In this document: positions 19,688-29,926 of the stretch, piece after piece
How the letters are laid out: each line of letters starts with the position of its first letter
Position numbering within the stretch: position 1 is the first letter of the stretch
Assembly: GCA_025060135.1 (NCBI GenBank)
Contig: JANXCY010000006.1
Coordinates: 16,205 to 80,204, forward strand
Direction of reading: 5' to 3'
Source: Anaerolineae bacterium
GTDB taxonomy: Bacteria > Chloroflexota > Anaerolineae > B4-G1 > DUEL01
Length of the DNA stretch: 64,000 bases
Notes under the pieces: model-generated
The model's input: only the letters and a program-made list of their open reading frames with translations
Databases searched by the model: none
What the model was told of the DNA's origin: nothing
Position numbers and translations under genes: made by a program

Positions 19688-20899
19688 ATGGATTTTTCCC
19701 TGACCCCCGAACACGAGATGGTCGTCCGCATGGTGCGGGATTTTGCGGAAAAGGAAGTGGCCCCCTGGGTGAAAGAGTACGATCGCGCCCACCGGCCCTT
19801 CGTCCGAGCCATTGAACGGATGGCCGAACTGGGCATCCTGGGGATCTGCATCCCCGTCCGCTATGGCGGGCAGGGGATGGACTATATCAGCCTGGGGCTG
19901 GCCTGCGAGGAACTGGAGCGAGTGGACACGTTCCTGCGGGTGGTGATGAGCGTCCATGTAGGCCTGAACAGCCTGGGCATTTTCCAGTGGGGGACGGAGG
20001 AACAGAAGCACCGGTTCCTGGTGCCCCAGGCCCGGGGAGAACGCTGGGCCGCCTTCGGCCTGACGGAACCCGGGGCCGGCTCCGATGTGGCCGCCATCAC
20101 CGCGACGGCCCGTCGGGAGGGGGACGTCTACATCCTCAATGGTGAGAAGATGTGGATCAGTATGGCCTCCCTGGCCCACCATTTTCTGGTCTTTGCCCGG
20201 ACCGATCCCAAGGCTCCACCGCACCAGGGGATCACCGCCTTCATCGTGGAGCGAGAGATGAAGGGGATCACCACCGGCGATCTTCATGGCAAACTGGGCA
20301 TCCGCGCCGGCTCCACCGGTTGGATCGCGATGAACAATGTGGAGGTCCCAGAGGGAAACCGGCTGGGCGAGGAGGGCGAGGGCTTTAAAATCGCCATGTC
20401 CTGCCTGGATAATGGCCGTTATACCATTGGCGCCGGGGCTACTGGCCTCATCCGGGCCTGTCTGGAGGCATCGGTCCGGTACGCGCTGGAGCGCCGCACC
20501 TTTGGCCGCCCCATTGCAGAGCACCAGTTGGTCCAGCAAATGATTGCCCGGATGCGGCGGGACTACGAAATCGGGCGGTTGCTCTATCTGCGGGCTGGCT
20601 GGCTGAAGAACCAGGGAGTCCGCAACACCTGGCAGACCAGTATGGCCAAGTGGTTTGCCACGGAGGCCAGTTTTGCCGCCGCTTCGGACGCGGTCCAGAT
20701 TCACGGTGCCTATGGCTACTCCGACGAGTACGACGTGGAGCGGTTCCTGCGCAACGCTAAAGGGGCCTGTATCTACGAAGGCACCACCCAGATTCACGAA
20801 CTTATCCAGGCTCAGTACGTTCTAGGATACCGGCAGGACAAGCCCCTGCGCTGCGAATTGCCCCCTTACGATCCGGAAGAGTGGCAACGGGAGGCGTAA
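19688..20899 (+). CDS. Acyl-CoA dehydrogenase
   Basis: [40 protein letters not shown] and IYEGT motifs; TTGCAC-16-TATAAT promoter at 19625. Confidence 0.95.
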   Translation: MDFSLTPEHEMVVRMVRDFAEKEVAPWVKEYDRAHRPFVRAIERMAELGILGICIPVRYGGQGMDYISLGLACEELERVDTFLRVVMSVHVGLNSLGIFQWGTEEQKHRFLVPQARGERWAAFGLTEPGAGSDVAAITATARREGDVYILNGEKMWISMASLAHHFLVFARTDPKAPPHQGITAFIVEREMKGITTGDLHGKLGIRAGSTGWIAMNNVEVPEGNRLGEEGEGFKIAMSCLDNGRYTIGAGATGLIRACLEASVRYALERRTFGRPIAEHQLVQQMIARMRRDYEIGRLLYLRAGWLKNQGVRNTWQTSMAKWFATEASFAAASDAVQIHGAYGYSDEYDVERFLRNAKGACIYEGTTQIHELIQAQYVLGYRQDKPLRCELPPYDPEEWQREA

Positions 20900-20953
20900 C
20901 CTCACCCCACCCCGGCCCTTCGGGCCACGGGAGGGGATAGGGGGGAGGTGAGG
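20900..20953. repeat. C/G-rich palindromic element (CCTCACCCC...GGTGAGG), may act as terminator
   Basis: cctcaccccaccccggcccttcgggccacgggaggggatagggggaggtgagg-like hairpin; same style as the hypF insert. Confidence 0.55.
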
Positions 20954-20987
20954 TCCATTTCCCCATCCCACAACCGGAGGTGAAGCC

Positions 20988-21791
20988 ATGCATATTGTCG
21001 TCTGTACCAAACAGACACCCGACTCGGCGGCCAAATTGACGGTGGACGCTGCAGGCCACGTCTCGTGGGGGGATTCTCCTATTGTCATCAACCCATGGGA
21101 TGAGTACGCGGTGGAGGAAGCGTTGCTCATCAAGGAACGGCTGGGAGGCAACGCGACCGTTACCGTCATCTCCATGGGGCCCGAGGCCGCGCTGGAGGCG
21201 CTCAAACACGCCATCGCGATGGGGGCCGACGAGGGCATCCGCATCTGGGACCCCGCTTTTGAGGGCTCAGACACGCTGGCGACCTCCTATGTCCTGGCGA
21301 AGGCCATAGAGAAAATAGGAGACGTGGACCTGGTCCTTTTCGGCAAGTCCGCCATTGACAGCCAGACGGGACAGACACCGGTGGAAGTGGCCCGGCGGCT
21401 GGGCTTTTCCCCTCTCACGTACGTCATCAGGATTGCCGAACTGGACCCCGTGGGGAAGTCCATCACCGTAGAGCGACTCCTGGAGCAGGGTCGCCAGGTG
21501 GTGAAGGCTCCCCTGCCCGCCGTCATCGGCACCATTAAGGGGATCAACGAACCCCGCTACCCCTCGTTTATGGGCATCCGCAAGGCCACCCGCGCCCAGT
21601 ACCCGGTCTGGAGCGCGGCCGACATCGGCGCGGACCTGGCCAAGGTCGGCGCGGTCGGCTCCGGCGTCCGCTGGACCCGGATTTTCCCGCCCCCGGCCCG
21701 GGAGGGGAGAGCCGAAATCATCCAGGCCGAGACAGTGGAGGAGACTGTCCGCATCCTGGTAGATAAACTGATGGCGGAGAAGGTGATTTAA
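20988..21791 (+). CDS. etfB: Electron transfer flavoprotein beta subunit
   Basis: CTKQTPD, NPWDEYAVEEA, GSDTLATS and NEPRYPS motifs. Confidence 0.95.
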   Translation: MHIVVCTKQTPDSAAKLTVDAAGHVSWGDSPIVINPWDEYAVEEALLIKERLGGNATVTVISMGPEAALEALKHAIAMGADEGIRIWDPAFEGSDTLATSYVLAKAIEKIGDVDLVLFGKSAIDSQTGQTPVEVARRLGFSPLTYVIRIAELDPVGKSITVERLLEQGRQVVKAPLPAVIGTIKGINEPRYPSFMGIRKATRAQYPVWSAADIGADLAKVGAVGSGVRWTRIFPPPAREGRAEIIQAETVEETVRILVDKLMAEKVI

Positions 21792-21804
21792 ACCGGAGGA
21801 AACA

Positions 21805-22791
21805 ATGAGCAACGACATTTTCGTCTGGATGGAGCAATTCAACGGACAGGTGGCAACCCCGTCGTGGGAGGCCATCGGCGCCGCCCGGGCCCTGAGCGAG
21901 ACCCTGGGCGGACAGGTCTGCGCCTGCCTCTTCGGGCACGGTGTGGAGGCGCTGGCGAAAGAGGCTATCGCCTACGGCGCCGACCGGGTCTTCCTGGCCG
22001 ACGACCCCACCCTGGCCGATTTTCGTCTGGAGCCGTACACGGCCCTGATGGCCGAACTGGCCCGCCAGTATCAGCCCGCGCTCATCCTGATGGGCGCCAC
22101 CGCCCGGGGCCGCGACCTGGGCCCAGCCGTGGCGGTGGACCTGGACACCGGATGTGTGGCAGACTGCACCGCGCTGGAATTCCAGGATGGACAACTGGTG
22201 GCTACCCGGCCCATCTACGCCGGGAAACTCCTCTGCACCTGCACGGTCCCGGAACGACGGCCCGCCATCTTCACCCTGCGGGCCCGCGCCTTCCCGAAGC
22301 CCGAACCCGACCCCTCCCGTACCGGCGAGGTTGTCCGGCTGGCCCCCGTTCTTAAAGAAGAGGACATCCCCTCCAAAGTCGTTGGCTTCCAGGAGACGGT
22401 GGGGGGAGTCAGCCTGACCGATGCCGCCATCATCGTCTCCGGCGGTCGGGGGGTGGGCGGGCCAGAGGGATTTGAGCCCATCCGCGAACTGGCACGGGTG
22501 CTGAAGGCCGCCGTCGGCGCTTCCCGCGCCGCCGTGGACGCCGGGTGGATTCCCTATGAGCACCAGGTCGGGCAGACCGGCAAGACCGTCAGCCCGGACC
22601 TCTACATCGCCTGCGGCATCTCCGGCGCCATCCAGCACCAGGCCGGAATGCGCACCAGTAAGGTCATCGTCGCCATCAACAAGGACCCGGAAGCACCCAT
22701 CTTTCAACTGGCCCGCTACGGGATCGTCGGCGACCTCTTCCAGTACGTCCCCGCTCTCACTGCCGAATTGAAGAAGCGACTGGGAACGTAG
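21805..22791 (+). CDS. etfA: Electron transfer flavoprotein alpha subunit
   Basis: [34 protein letters not shown] and AINKD motifs. Confidence 0.96.
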   Translation: MSNDIFVWMEQFNGQVATPSWEAIGAARALSETLGGQVCACLFGHGVEALAKEAIAYGADRVFLADDPTLADFRLEPYTALMAELARQYQPALILMGATARGRDLGPAVAVDLDTGCVADCTALEFQDGQLVATRPIYAGKLLCTCTVPERRPAIFTLRARAFPKPEPDPSRTGEVVRLAPVLKEEDIPSKVVGFQETVGGVSLTDAAIIVSGGRGVGGPEGFEPIRELARVLKAAVGASRAAVDAGWIPYEHQVGQTGKTVSPDLYIACGISGAIQHQAGMRTSKVIVAINKDPEAPIFQLARYGIVGDLFQYVPALTAELKKRLGT

Positions 22792-22868
22792 GATGAACAG
22801 CCTCCTACAGGCCGCCGGTGAAAATTTTCACCGCACCGCAGAGAACGCAGAATAGTACCAGAAGGATT

Positions 22869-23783
22869 ATGGAAAGAGCAGAGATAGAGACCGAAATCCA
22901 TGCGGAAGAGCCGGTCCGGGAAGAACACCCGCCCCATCTGGAGCCGGCGGAACAGCCCATCGTGGGCGTCCGTTTCCAGGAAGGGGGGAAGATTTACTCC
23001 TTCCTGCCCGGCTCCTGCAGCGATCTGATTCCGGGCGACTTCGTCGTGGTGGATACCGCCTGGGGGCGACAGATCGGGCGGGTCGTCTTCATCCAGTATC
23101 TGCCTCCAGAGCAGCGCCGGGACGATTTGAAGACCATCCTCCGGCGAGCCACCGGCGCCGACCTGGCCCTGCGGCAACAGTGGGAAGAAAAGGCCAGAGA
23201 AGTCCTCCAGCAATTGCGGGAGCGGGCCTTCCGACAGTCCATGCCGGTGAAATTTGCCACCGCCGAATACACCCTGGACGGCAAACGGCTTACCATCCTC
23301 TATGAGACGGAGGGAAAAGTAGACCTGGAGGAACTCCGTCAGGAACTGGCGGCAAACCTCCAGACCCAGGTGGAGATGCGGCAAATCGGACCCCGGGACC
23401 GAGCGAAACTGCTGGGTGGGTACGGGGCCTGCGGCGAACTCCGCTGCTGCTCCCGCTTCCTGGCAGAGTTCAACCCCGTCTCCATCCGGATGGGAAAGGC
23501 CCAGGGTATCTCCCTGACCCCCTCCGACATTACCGGGATGTGCGGACGGCTGCGCTGCTGCCTGGCCTACGAGTACGAGACCTACCAGGAGGCCCTTCAG
23601 AGACTGCCCAAACTCAAGAGCATCGTTCGCACGCCCAGGGGAGTTGGCAAGGTGGTGGACCTGGCCCCACTGAAAGGAACAGTCATCGTCCAGATAGAAG
23701 ACCAGCGGGTGGAAGTCCCCGCCGGTGAGATAGAAGTGCTCCCGAAAGACTCCCTCCAATCCGTCCCGAAGGAGGAAGCATGA
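22869..23783 (+). CDS. PSP1-domain protein (YaaT/RicT family)
   Basis: MRQIGPRDRAK, GACGELRCC and GMCGRLRCCLAYE Cys motifs. Confidence 0.9.
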   Translation: MERAEIETEIHAEEPVREEHPPHLEPAEQPIVGVRFQEGGKIYSFLPGSCSDLIPGDFVVVDTAWGRQIGRVVFIQYLPPEQRRDDLKTILRRATGADLALRQQWEEKAREVLQQLRERAFRQSMPVKFATAEYTLDGKRLTILYETEGKVDLEELRQELAANLQTQVEMRQIGPRDRAKLLGGYGACGELRCCSRFLAEFNPVSIRMGKAQGISLTPSDITGMCGRLRCCLAYEYETYQEALQRLPKLKSIVRTPRGVGKVVDLAPLKGTVIVQIEDQRVEVPAGEIEVLPKDSLQSVPKEEA

Positions 23784-24478
23784 ACACACCCGAGCGGGTT
23801 ATGGTCATCCTGGCCCATCCGGATGACCCGGAGTTTTTCTGCGGAGGAACGATCGGGCGGTGGGTTCGGGAGGGCCGGGAGGTAGTCTACGTCCTGGCGA
23901 CCCATGGGGAGCGGGGCTCCGATGACCCGACCCTCTCCCCGGAGCAACTGGCCCGCATCCGGGAAGAGGAACAGCGGGCCGCTGCGCGCGTCCTGGGCGT
24001 ACGGGAGGTCATCTTTCTGGACTACCCCGACGGGTCCCTGACCCCCAGCCTGGAACTGCGCCGGGACCTGGCCCGTCAGATTCGCCGCTGGAAGCCCGAC
24101 ATCGTCATCACCTGCGACCCTACCGTCCGTTACCGCTCCGGATACCTGAACCACCCTGACCACCGGGCGATCGGCGATGCTGCGCTGGACGCCGTCTACC
24201 CCGATGCCCGTAATCCGATGCAGTTTCCTGAACTGCGGGCCGAAGGGCTGGAGCCCCATCGGGTGCGGGAAGTCTATATCGCTGGCGCCGCCGAACCGGA
24301 TACCGAAGTGGACATCACCGACACCCTGGCCCTGAAACTGGAAGCCCTCCGCCAGCACCGCTCCCAGATTGCCGACCCGGACGGCCTGGAAGCCCGGTTG
24401 AGGGAGTGGTACCGCAAAGAGGGGCCCGACGGAACGGTCCGGTACATAGAACGGTTCCGGCGGGTCATGCTGAGGTGA
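23780..24478 (+). CDS. PIG-L family deacetylase
   Basis: AHPDDPE, THGERG, HPDH and HRSQ motifs. Confidence 0.92.
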   Translation: MNTPERVMVILAHPDDPEFFCGGTIGRWVREGREVVYVLATHGERGSDDPTLSPEQLARIREEEQRAAARVLGVREVIFLDYPDGSLTPSLELRRDLARQIRRWKPDIVITCDPTVRYRSGYLNHPDHRAIGDAALDAVYPDARNPMQFPELRAEGLEPHRVREVYIAGAAEPDTEVDITDTLALKLEALRQHRSQIADPDGLEARLREWYRKEGPDGTVRYIERFRRVMLR

Positions 24479-24482
24479 ATCC

Positions 24483-25655
24483 ATGATCCCGTGGCTCACG
24501 GCAGCGCAGAGCAAGCGGGAACAACTGATCGCCTGGCGGCGGGATTTCCACCGCCACCCCGAACTGGCCTACGCCGAAGAACGGACAGCCAGCATCGTTG
24601 CGGCCCACCTGGAGCGGCTGGGCTATCGGGTACGGACCGGCGTTGGGAGGACTGGCGTTGTCGGTGTCCTGGAGGGCGCCCGGCCCGGCCCCGTGGTGAT
24701 GGTCCGCTTTGATATGGACGCTCTCCCCATCACCGAGGAGACCGGTGCGGAGTACGCCTCCACCATCCCTGGCCGGATGCATGCCTGTGGCCACGATGGC
24801 CACGTCGCGATGGGGATGGGACTGGCAGAACTGCTGACCGAAATCCGAGACCGGATGGCCGGCGCGGTCAAACTGGTCTTCCAGCCCGCTGAGGAGGGCG
24901 GGAACGGAGCCGAGGCGATGATTCGGGACGGCGTGCTGGAGGATCCCCGCCCGGACGTCTTCCTGGCCGCGCACCTCTGGGCAGACCGACCGGTGGGGTC
25001 GGTGGACGTAACCCCAGGCCCGGTGATGGCAGCAGCGGAGCGGTGGGTCTGCACAGTGCATGGGCAGGGCGGCCACGGGGCCCTCCCCCACCAGACGGTA
25101 GACCCCATTGTGGCGGCGGCCCATATGGTCTGTGCCCTGCAAACGGTGGTCAGCCGCAACGTGAGCCCGCTGGAGACCGCGGTGGTAACCGTGGGAGCGA
25201 TCCACGGCGGCGACGCCTTCAACGTCATTCCGGCCCAGGTGGAAATGAGCGGGACCATCCGCACCTACGAGCCATCGGCACGGGAAGTGGCCATCCGGCG
25301 GGTACGGGAGGTGCTGGAGGGCGTAGCGGGGGCCTTCGGCGCCCGGGCCGAAGTAACCATCGTCTCCCTGACCCCCGCCGTCATCAACGACCCCAAGGTA
25401 ACTTCGGTAGTGCGACAGGCAGCGGAGGCCATCCTGGGCCCGGAACGGGTTACTTCCGGAGAGCGGACGATGGGGAGCGAAGACGCTGCCTTCTTCCTGC
25501 GCCAGGTACCCGGGTGCTACTTCTTCGTTGGTGCGGCCAACCCGGCCCGGGGCCTGGGCGCGCCCCACCACAATCCCCGCTTTGACTTTGACGAGGAGGC
25601 AATGGAGATCGGCCTGGCCGTCCTGGCCCAGGCCATCGGCCTCTATCTGCTGTAA
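24483..25655 (+). CDS. M20 amidohydrolase
   Basis: HRHPELAYAE, DMDALP, MHACGHDGH, FQPAEE, SEDAAF and HHNPRF motifs. Confidence 0.93.
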   Translation: MIPWLTAAQSKREQLIAWRRDFHRHPELAYAEERTASIVAAHLERLGYRVRTGVGRTGVVGVLEGARPGPVVMVRFDMDALPITEETGAEYASTIPGRMHACGHDGHVAMGMGLAELLTEIRDRMAGAVKLVFQPAEEGGNGAEAMIRDGVLEDPRPDVFLAAHLWADRPVGSVDVTPGPVMAAAERWVCTVHGQGGHGALPHQTVDPIVAAAHMVCALQTVVSRNVSPLETAVVTVGAIHGGDAFNVIPAQVEMSGTIRTYEPSAREVAIRRVREVLEGVAGAFGARAEVTIVSLTPAVINDPKVTSVVRQAAEAILGPERVTSGERTMGSEDAAFFLRQVPGCYFFVGAANPARGLGAPHHNPRFDFDEEAMEIGLAVLAQAIGLYLL

Positions 25656-25706
25656 TTATCCGTATCCGGGCTGTTGGAGCCTCCGGTCGGGAAAGAGAGG
25701 AACTCC

Positions 25707-26876
25707 GTGGATGAAAGACTCTTTCAGGCCGCTGTGGATGGATTTCGGGCTCATTTCGGATATGATCCGGCCCTCCTGGTGCGCGCGCCAGGGCGGGTCA
25801 ACCTCCTGGGCGAGCACACCGACTACAACGAGGGCTTCGTCCTGCCCGTTGCAGTGGACCGCGCCGCGTGGGTAGCAGCCTCCCCGCGTCCTGATTCCAC
25901 CGTCCGCCTGGTGGCCCTGGATATGGGGACAGAAGCGACCTTCCCGCTGGACCCCATCCCGCCCCGCCAGGGGGACTGGGCCGATTACCCGCGCGGGGTG
26001 GCCTGGGCACTGGCGGGGGCCGGATTCTCCCTCGCCGGGATGGACGCCGTCCTGACCTCCGATGTCCCCATCGGCGCCGGCCTCTCCTCCTCAGCGGCGG
26101 TGGAGGTCGCCTTCGCCTGGACCTGGAAGGAACTCTCCGGCCTGCCGCTGGAGCGTACCGAACTGGCCCTCCTCTGCCAGCGGGCCGAGAACGAGTACGT
26201 GGGGGTCCGCTGCGGGATTATGGACCAGATGGCCTCGGTCTGGGGGCGGGCGGGGCATGCCCTCCTGCTGGACTGCCGGACCCTGGCCGTGGAGACCGTC
26301 CCCATCCCCCCGGGCGTTGCCATCGTGGTGGCGGATACGCTGGTGCGGCGGGAACTGGCGGCTTCCGAGTACAACCGCCGCCGCCAGGAGTGTGAGGAAG
26401 CCGTGCAAATTCTGGCTGACTATATTCCGGGCACTCGCGCTCTGCGGGACGTCTCGCTGGAGGACCTGGACCGCTTCGGCGGCCATCTCCCTCCGACTCT
26501 CCTCCGGCGTGCCCGCCACGTGGTCCGCTCCAACATCCGGGTGCTGTGGGCCGTCGCCGCCTTCCGCGCTGGCGACCTGGCGGCCGTCGGCAAAGCAATG
26601 AAATACTCTCACCTCAGCCTTCGGGACGACTACCAGGTCAGTTCGCCGGAACTGGACACCCTGGCCGAGGCGGCCTGGGAAGTGCCGGGCTGCTGGGGCG
26701 CCCGGCTCACCGGCGCTGGATTCGGGGGGTGCATCGTCGCCCTGGTCGCCGAGGAGGCAGTGCCGGAACTGGCCCGCCACCTGGAAGAAGTCTACCAGGC
26801 CCGCTTCGGGCGCCGTCCCACCGTTACCGTCTGCCGCGCCTCGGATGGGGCTCAGAGCGTGAAGAGGGCAACGTGA
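25707..26876 (+). CDS. galK: Galactokinase
   Basis: APGRVNLLGEHTDYN, GAGLSSSAA, CGIMDQ and GARLTGAGFGGC motifs. Confidence 0.95.
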   Translation: MDERLFQAAVDGFRAHFGYDPALLVRAPGRVNLLGEHTDYNEGFVLPVAVDRAAWVAASPRPDSTVRLVALDMGTEATFPLDPIPPRQGDWADYPRGVAWALAGAGFSLAGMDAVLTSDVPIGAGLSSSAAVEVAFAWTWKELSGLPLERTELALLCQRAENEYVGVRCGIMDQMASVWGRAGHALLLDCRTLAVETVPIPPGVAIVVADTLVRRELAASEYNRRRQECEEAVQILADYIPGTRALRDVSLEDLDRFGGHLPPTLLRRARHVVRSNIRVLWAVAAFRAGDLAAVGKAMKYSHLSLRDDYQVSSPELDTLAEAAWEVPGCWGARLTGAGFGGCIVALVAEEAVPELARHLEEVYQARFGRRPTVTVCRASDGAQSVKRAT

Positions 26877-28759
26877 AGCGTGGGAATCGCTTGCTCCTGC
26901 CCGGGGTCGCGCTCCTGGCGTTCTGGACCCTCGCGCTGCGGGGGCTGGGAACGCATAGTTTCTGGTACGACGAAATCTTCAACGCCGATCTGGCCCTCAA
27001 CTCCTCCGCTGGTAGTATCCTGCACGTCCTGCGTACAGCCCAGCCGTACCCGCCCCTTTATCTGCTGCTGCTGAAGGGATGGGTCGGGCTGACCGGCGCG
27101 CGGCCGTATGCGCCGGGCCTGGAGGCGGCCGGCGCGCTGGAGACCCTCCTGCGCTTCCCCAGCGTGGCCGCCGCCGCGCTGACACTGGCGCTCCTGGCCC
27201 CGCTGGGCCGCCGGATCGGAGGACCGACCGCATGGGTAGCCCCCTACCTGCTGGCTTTCCACCCCACCCTTCTGGCCTACACGCGGGATGCCCGTATGTA
27301 CCCTCTCTGGAGTTTCTGGCTCCTTCTGGCCCTCCTGGGCCTGACGGCGCGTCGCCCCGGGCTCTGGCTCCTGGGTGGGACAGCGGCCCTTCTGACCCAC
27401 TATTTCTCCCTCTTTCCCCTGGGCGCCGCCGCGCTGGTTGTCTTCCTCTCCCGCCGCTTTCCCGGCTGGAAGGGGCTCCTGTGGCTGGCGGCTCCCTTCG
27501 TACCGGCGGCCCTCTGGGGTCTCTGGGCCCTGCCGGTAACGGCCGGATTCGGGAGTTTCGCCACAGCCGCGCCGCCCACCTTTGCGGTTTTCCTCCGGGA
27601 GATGGGGCCAGAATTGATGACGGCCGGGGAATGGCTGACCCCTCTGGCCTGGACGCCGCCGGACCTCTGGGGGTACGGAGGGCTGGCGTTGGGGACGCTG
27701 GGCCTGCTCCTGGCCGGGATTCGCTCCCCGCGAGGCTATCCGGTAGCCGGGGCTCTTATCCTCGGCGGACTAACCCTCTTTGCTTTCTGGCAATTCCGCC
27801 CCGTCTACCACACCCGATACCTCTTCTGGGCACTCCCCCTGGTCGCGCTGGGGTTGGTCGCGCTGCTTGGGGAGGTGGCCCGCCCGCTGGGCCGCTACGG
27901 GGGGCCTGTGCTGACGGCTGGAGTCGCGGCGGCGGTCCTGCTCTGGAGTGCCCGCGCCACGGCGGCGATACACGCCGCCCCGCGCACCACCTGGTACCCC
28001 GACTTCCGCCAGGCGGCGGCTCTGATCAACGCCCGCGCCCGGCCCGAAGACCGGGGACTGACGGTGGCCGCCCACGGGGTCCAGGCCCTGCAGGTCTATC
28101 GGACCGTCATTCCCTTCGCCGAAGGGCCAGGCATCGGCCAGTTGGTCCTGCCCGAGGATGGGGCGCTCTGGCTGGACCGGCACCGTCCATCGGGAGATGG
28201 CCGCTACTGGCTGTTGCTCTACCAGGACGGAGCCGTAGACCCGGGCGGGGTCATCGTGGGGACGCTGGAGGAAGCCGGCGGGTACCGGGTAGAGATGCTC
28301 TATAGCCACGAACTGCGCCTCTACGCCTACGCGCTGCCGGAGGAGGTGCGGTTCCGGCCGCTGATGCCGGAGCGGGAAATCGGGGCCCACTTTGAGGGGG
28401 GCATCGTCCTGCGGGGCGCGACCGTCCATCGGGAGGACCGGTTGGTGCCCGTCTACCTTTTCTGGGAACTGACGGCCCCGCAGAGCCGGGGGCTGACCGG
28501 TGCCGTCCACCTGGTGCGCCAGGCCGGGGAGCGACCGATCACCCAGCAGGACAAACCCGTCCTCAACGAATACTGGCCGCTCCCCCGGCTGCCGGTGGGG
28601 AGGCTCCTCGCCGATCGGTACGAACTGATCATCCCCTCTGACCTTCCCGCCGGAACCTACACCCTCTTCGCGCTGCTCTACGATCCGGAGACTGGCCGGC
28701 GGTGCCTCATAGAGGGGGGCGGGGAAATGGTCAACCTGGGAGCATTCTCCTGGCCGTGA
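26873..28759 (+). CDS. GT-C (PMT/ArnT-like, GT39-type) membrane glycosyltransferase
   Basis: SFWYDE, PPLY, LRFPS, ARMY and THY motifs; many TM helices plus a soluble C-domain; GTGA overlap with galK. Confidence 0.8.
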   Translation: MKRGNRLLLPGVALLAFWTLALRGLGTHSFWYDEIFNADLALNSSAGSILHVLRTAQPYPPLYLLLLKGWVGLTGARPYAPGLEAAGALETLLRFPSVAAAALTLALLAPLGRRIGGPTAWVAPYLLAFHPTLLAYTRDARMYPLWSFWLLLALLGLTARRPGLWLLGGTAALLTHYFSLFPLGAAALVVFLSRRFPGWKGLLWLAAPFVPAALWGLWALPVTAGFGSFATAAPPTFAVFLREMGPELMTAGEWLTPLAWTPPDLWGYGGLALGTLGLLLAGIRSPRGYPVAGALILGGLTLFAFWQFRPVYHTRYLFWALPLVALGLVALLGEVARPLGRYGGPVLTAGVAAAVLLWSARATAAIHAAPRTTWYPDFRQAAALINARARPEDRGLTVAAHGVQALQVYRTVIPFAEGPGIGQLVLPEDGALWLDRHRPSGDGRYWLLLYQDGAVDPGGVIVGTLEEAGGYRVEMLYSHELRLYAYALPEEVRFRPLMPEREIGAHFEGGIVLRGATVHREDRLVPVYLFWELTAPQSRGLTGAVHLVRQAGERPITQQDKPVLNEYWPLPRLPVGRLLADRYELIIPSDLPAGTYTLFALLYDPETGRRCLIEGGGEMVNLGAFSWP

Positions 28760-28766
28760 GAATAGG

Positions 28767-29077
28767 GGTAGCACTCAGAAAATCGTGGAGTCGTTCGTAG
28801 TGAGCCACGAAGCGCCACGCGCCGATTGCTTCGGGCACTTTGTGCCCTCGCCTCGGCGCAAGCGCCTTCGGCGCGTGGCGCAATGACATTAGGCGTTCGC
28901 GCCGAGGTTGTCACTGCGAGCGAAGCGAAGCAGGCGCAGCGGAGTGGCTCTTTATCGCTGCAAAACACCCTTTTCCTGGCGCAAAGCGGCACTCCACCTT
29001 GGTGCGAGCGCTTTCAGCGCGTGGCACTGCGTTCCGTGCCTGACTACGAGCCCTCCACGCTATCATGCGGTGCTACC
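28767..29077. repeat. Nested palindromic REP/MITE-like composite element
   Basis: Outer arms GGTAGCAC/GTGCTACC, CGTGGAG/CTCCACG and TCGTAGT/ACTACGA; internal 14-bp and 17-bp complementary pairs. Confidence 0.65.
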
Positions 29078-29811
29078 AGGTTGGGCCCAACCCGCGCGAA
29101 CTTTGAGGCCCTCTCGCTACAACGGGTCGGCGCAGGCAACCCCTGCCCTAATTGACAAAATTCCGCTCCGGAGAGGCCAGAAACGGCCTGCTTCAGCGTG
29201 TACGGGTCGGTCAGCGCCCCGGCCATACGCTGGATCAACTGTTCCTTGCACACATTTACATAGTCCACATCGTGTACCCGGGCCATCGCCACCAGGGACC
29301 CCCGGGTCAGCCGCTCCAGACATTCCCTTAGCGGGACATCGGGCTGGATAGGCCGGATCCGTTTGCGCTCATGATACCGCCGGGATTGTTCCTCATATCT
29401 TTGCAGGAACGAACCCGGATACCGCCATTCCACCCGCCAGTCCAGGTGCTGAAACCGTTCATCTTCTGAGGCCCACTCTAGGGCCACGTCGGTGTAAAAG
29501 CGGGCCAGAGCCATCGGGCCGTCCGAAAATGGCCCAGGTTGGCAGCGGCAGAACCCATGATGACCAGAACCATCGGGTCTTCCACCTGGCTCACCAGAGG
29601 GAGATACTGTCGGTACAGACGGCATATCCCTTTATCGTCGCTCAGGTATCCCAGCGCCCTGACCGCTTCCTCCACTTCCGAGTCCGAATCGTAGAAACGG
29701 GTCCGTTTTTTCCTCTTCCTGGAGAGCCTGGGCTCGGGAGAGAATCTCCCCCAGACCCGGCCCCCGATGAACGGGCGATTGGGAATGTCGGCGTTTCGGT
29801 TTTTGGGCCAT
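29044..29811 (-). pseudogene. Probable frameshifted remnant of a helical (TPR-like) protein gene
   Basis: Three successive protein-like fragments in different frames (MAQKPKRRH..., EEAVRALGYL...GSAAANLGHFRTAR, ...ALARFYTDVALEW...) run into the palindromic element. Confidence 0.45.
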
Positions 29812-29926
29812 AGGATGTCTTGTAATCATTTTGTGCCTGGAAAGGGTTAGGAAAGAGCCATTTTCCTGGGTTTCGTGGCTCCCCACGAACAATATGCCCA
29901 TTTTCGGCGTGGTTGACCAGCGGCCT

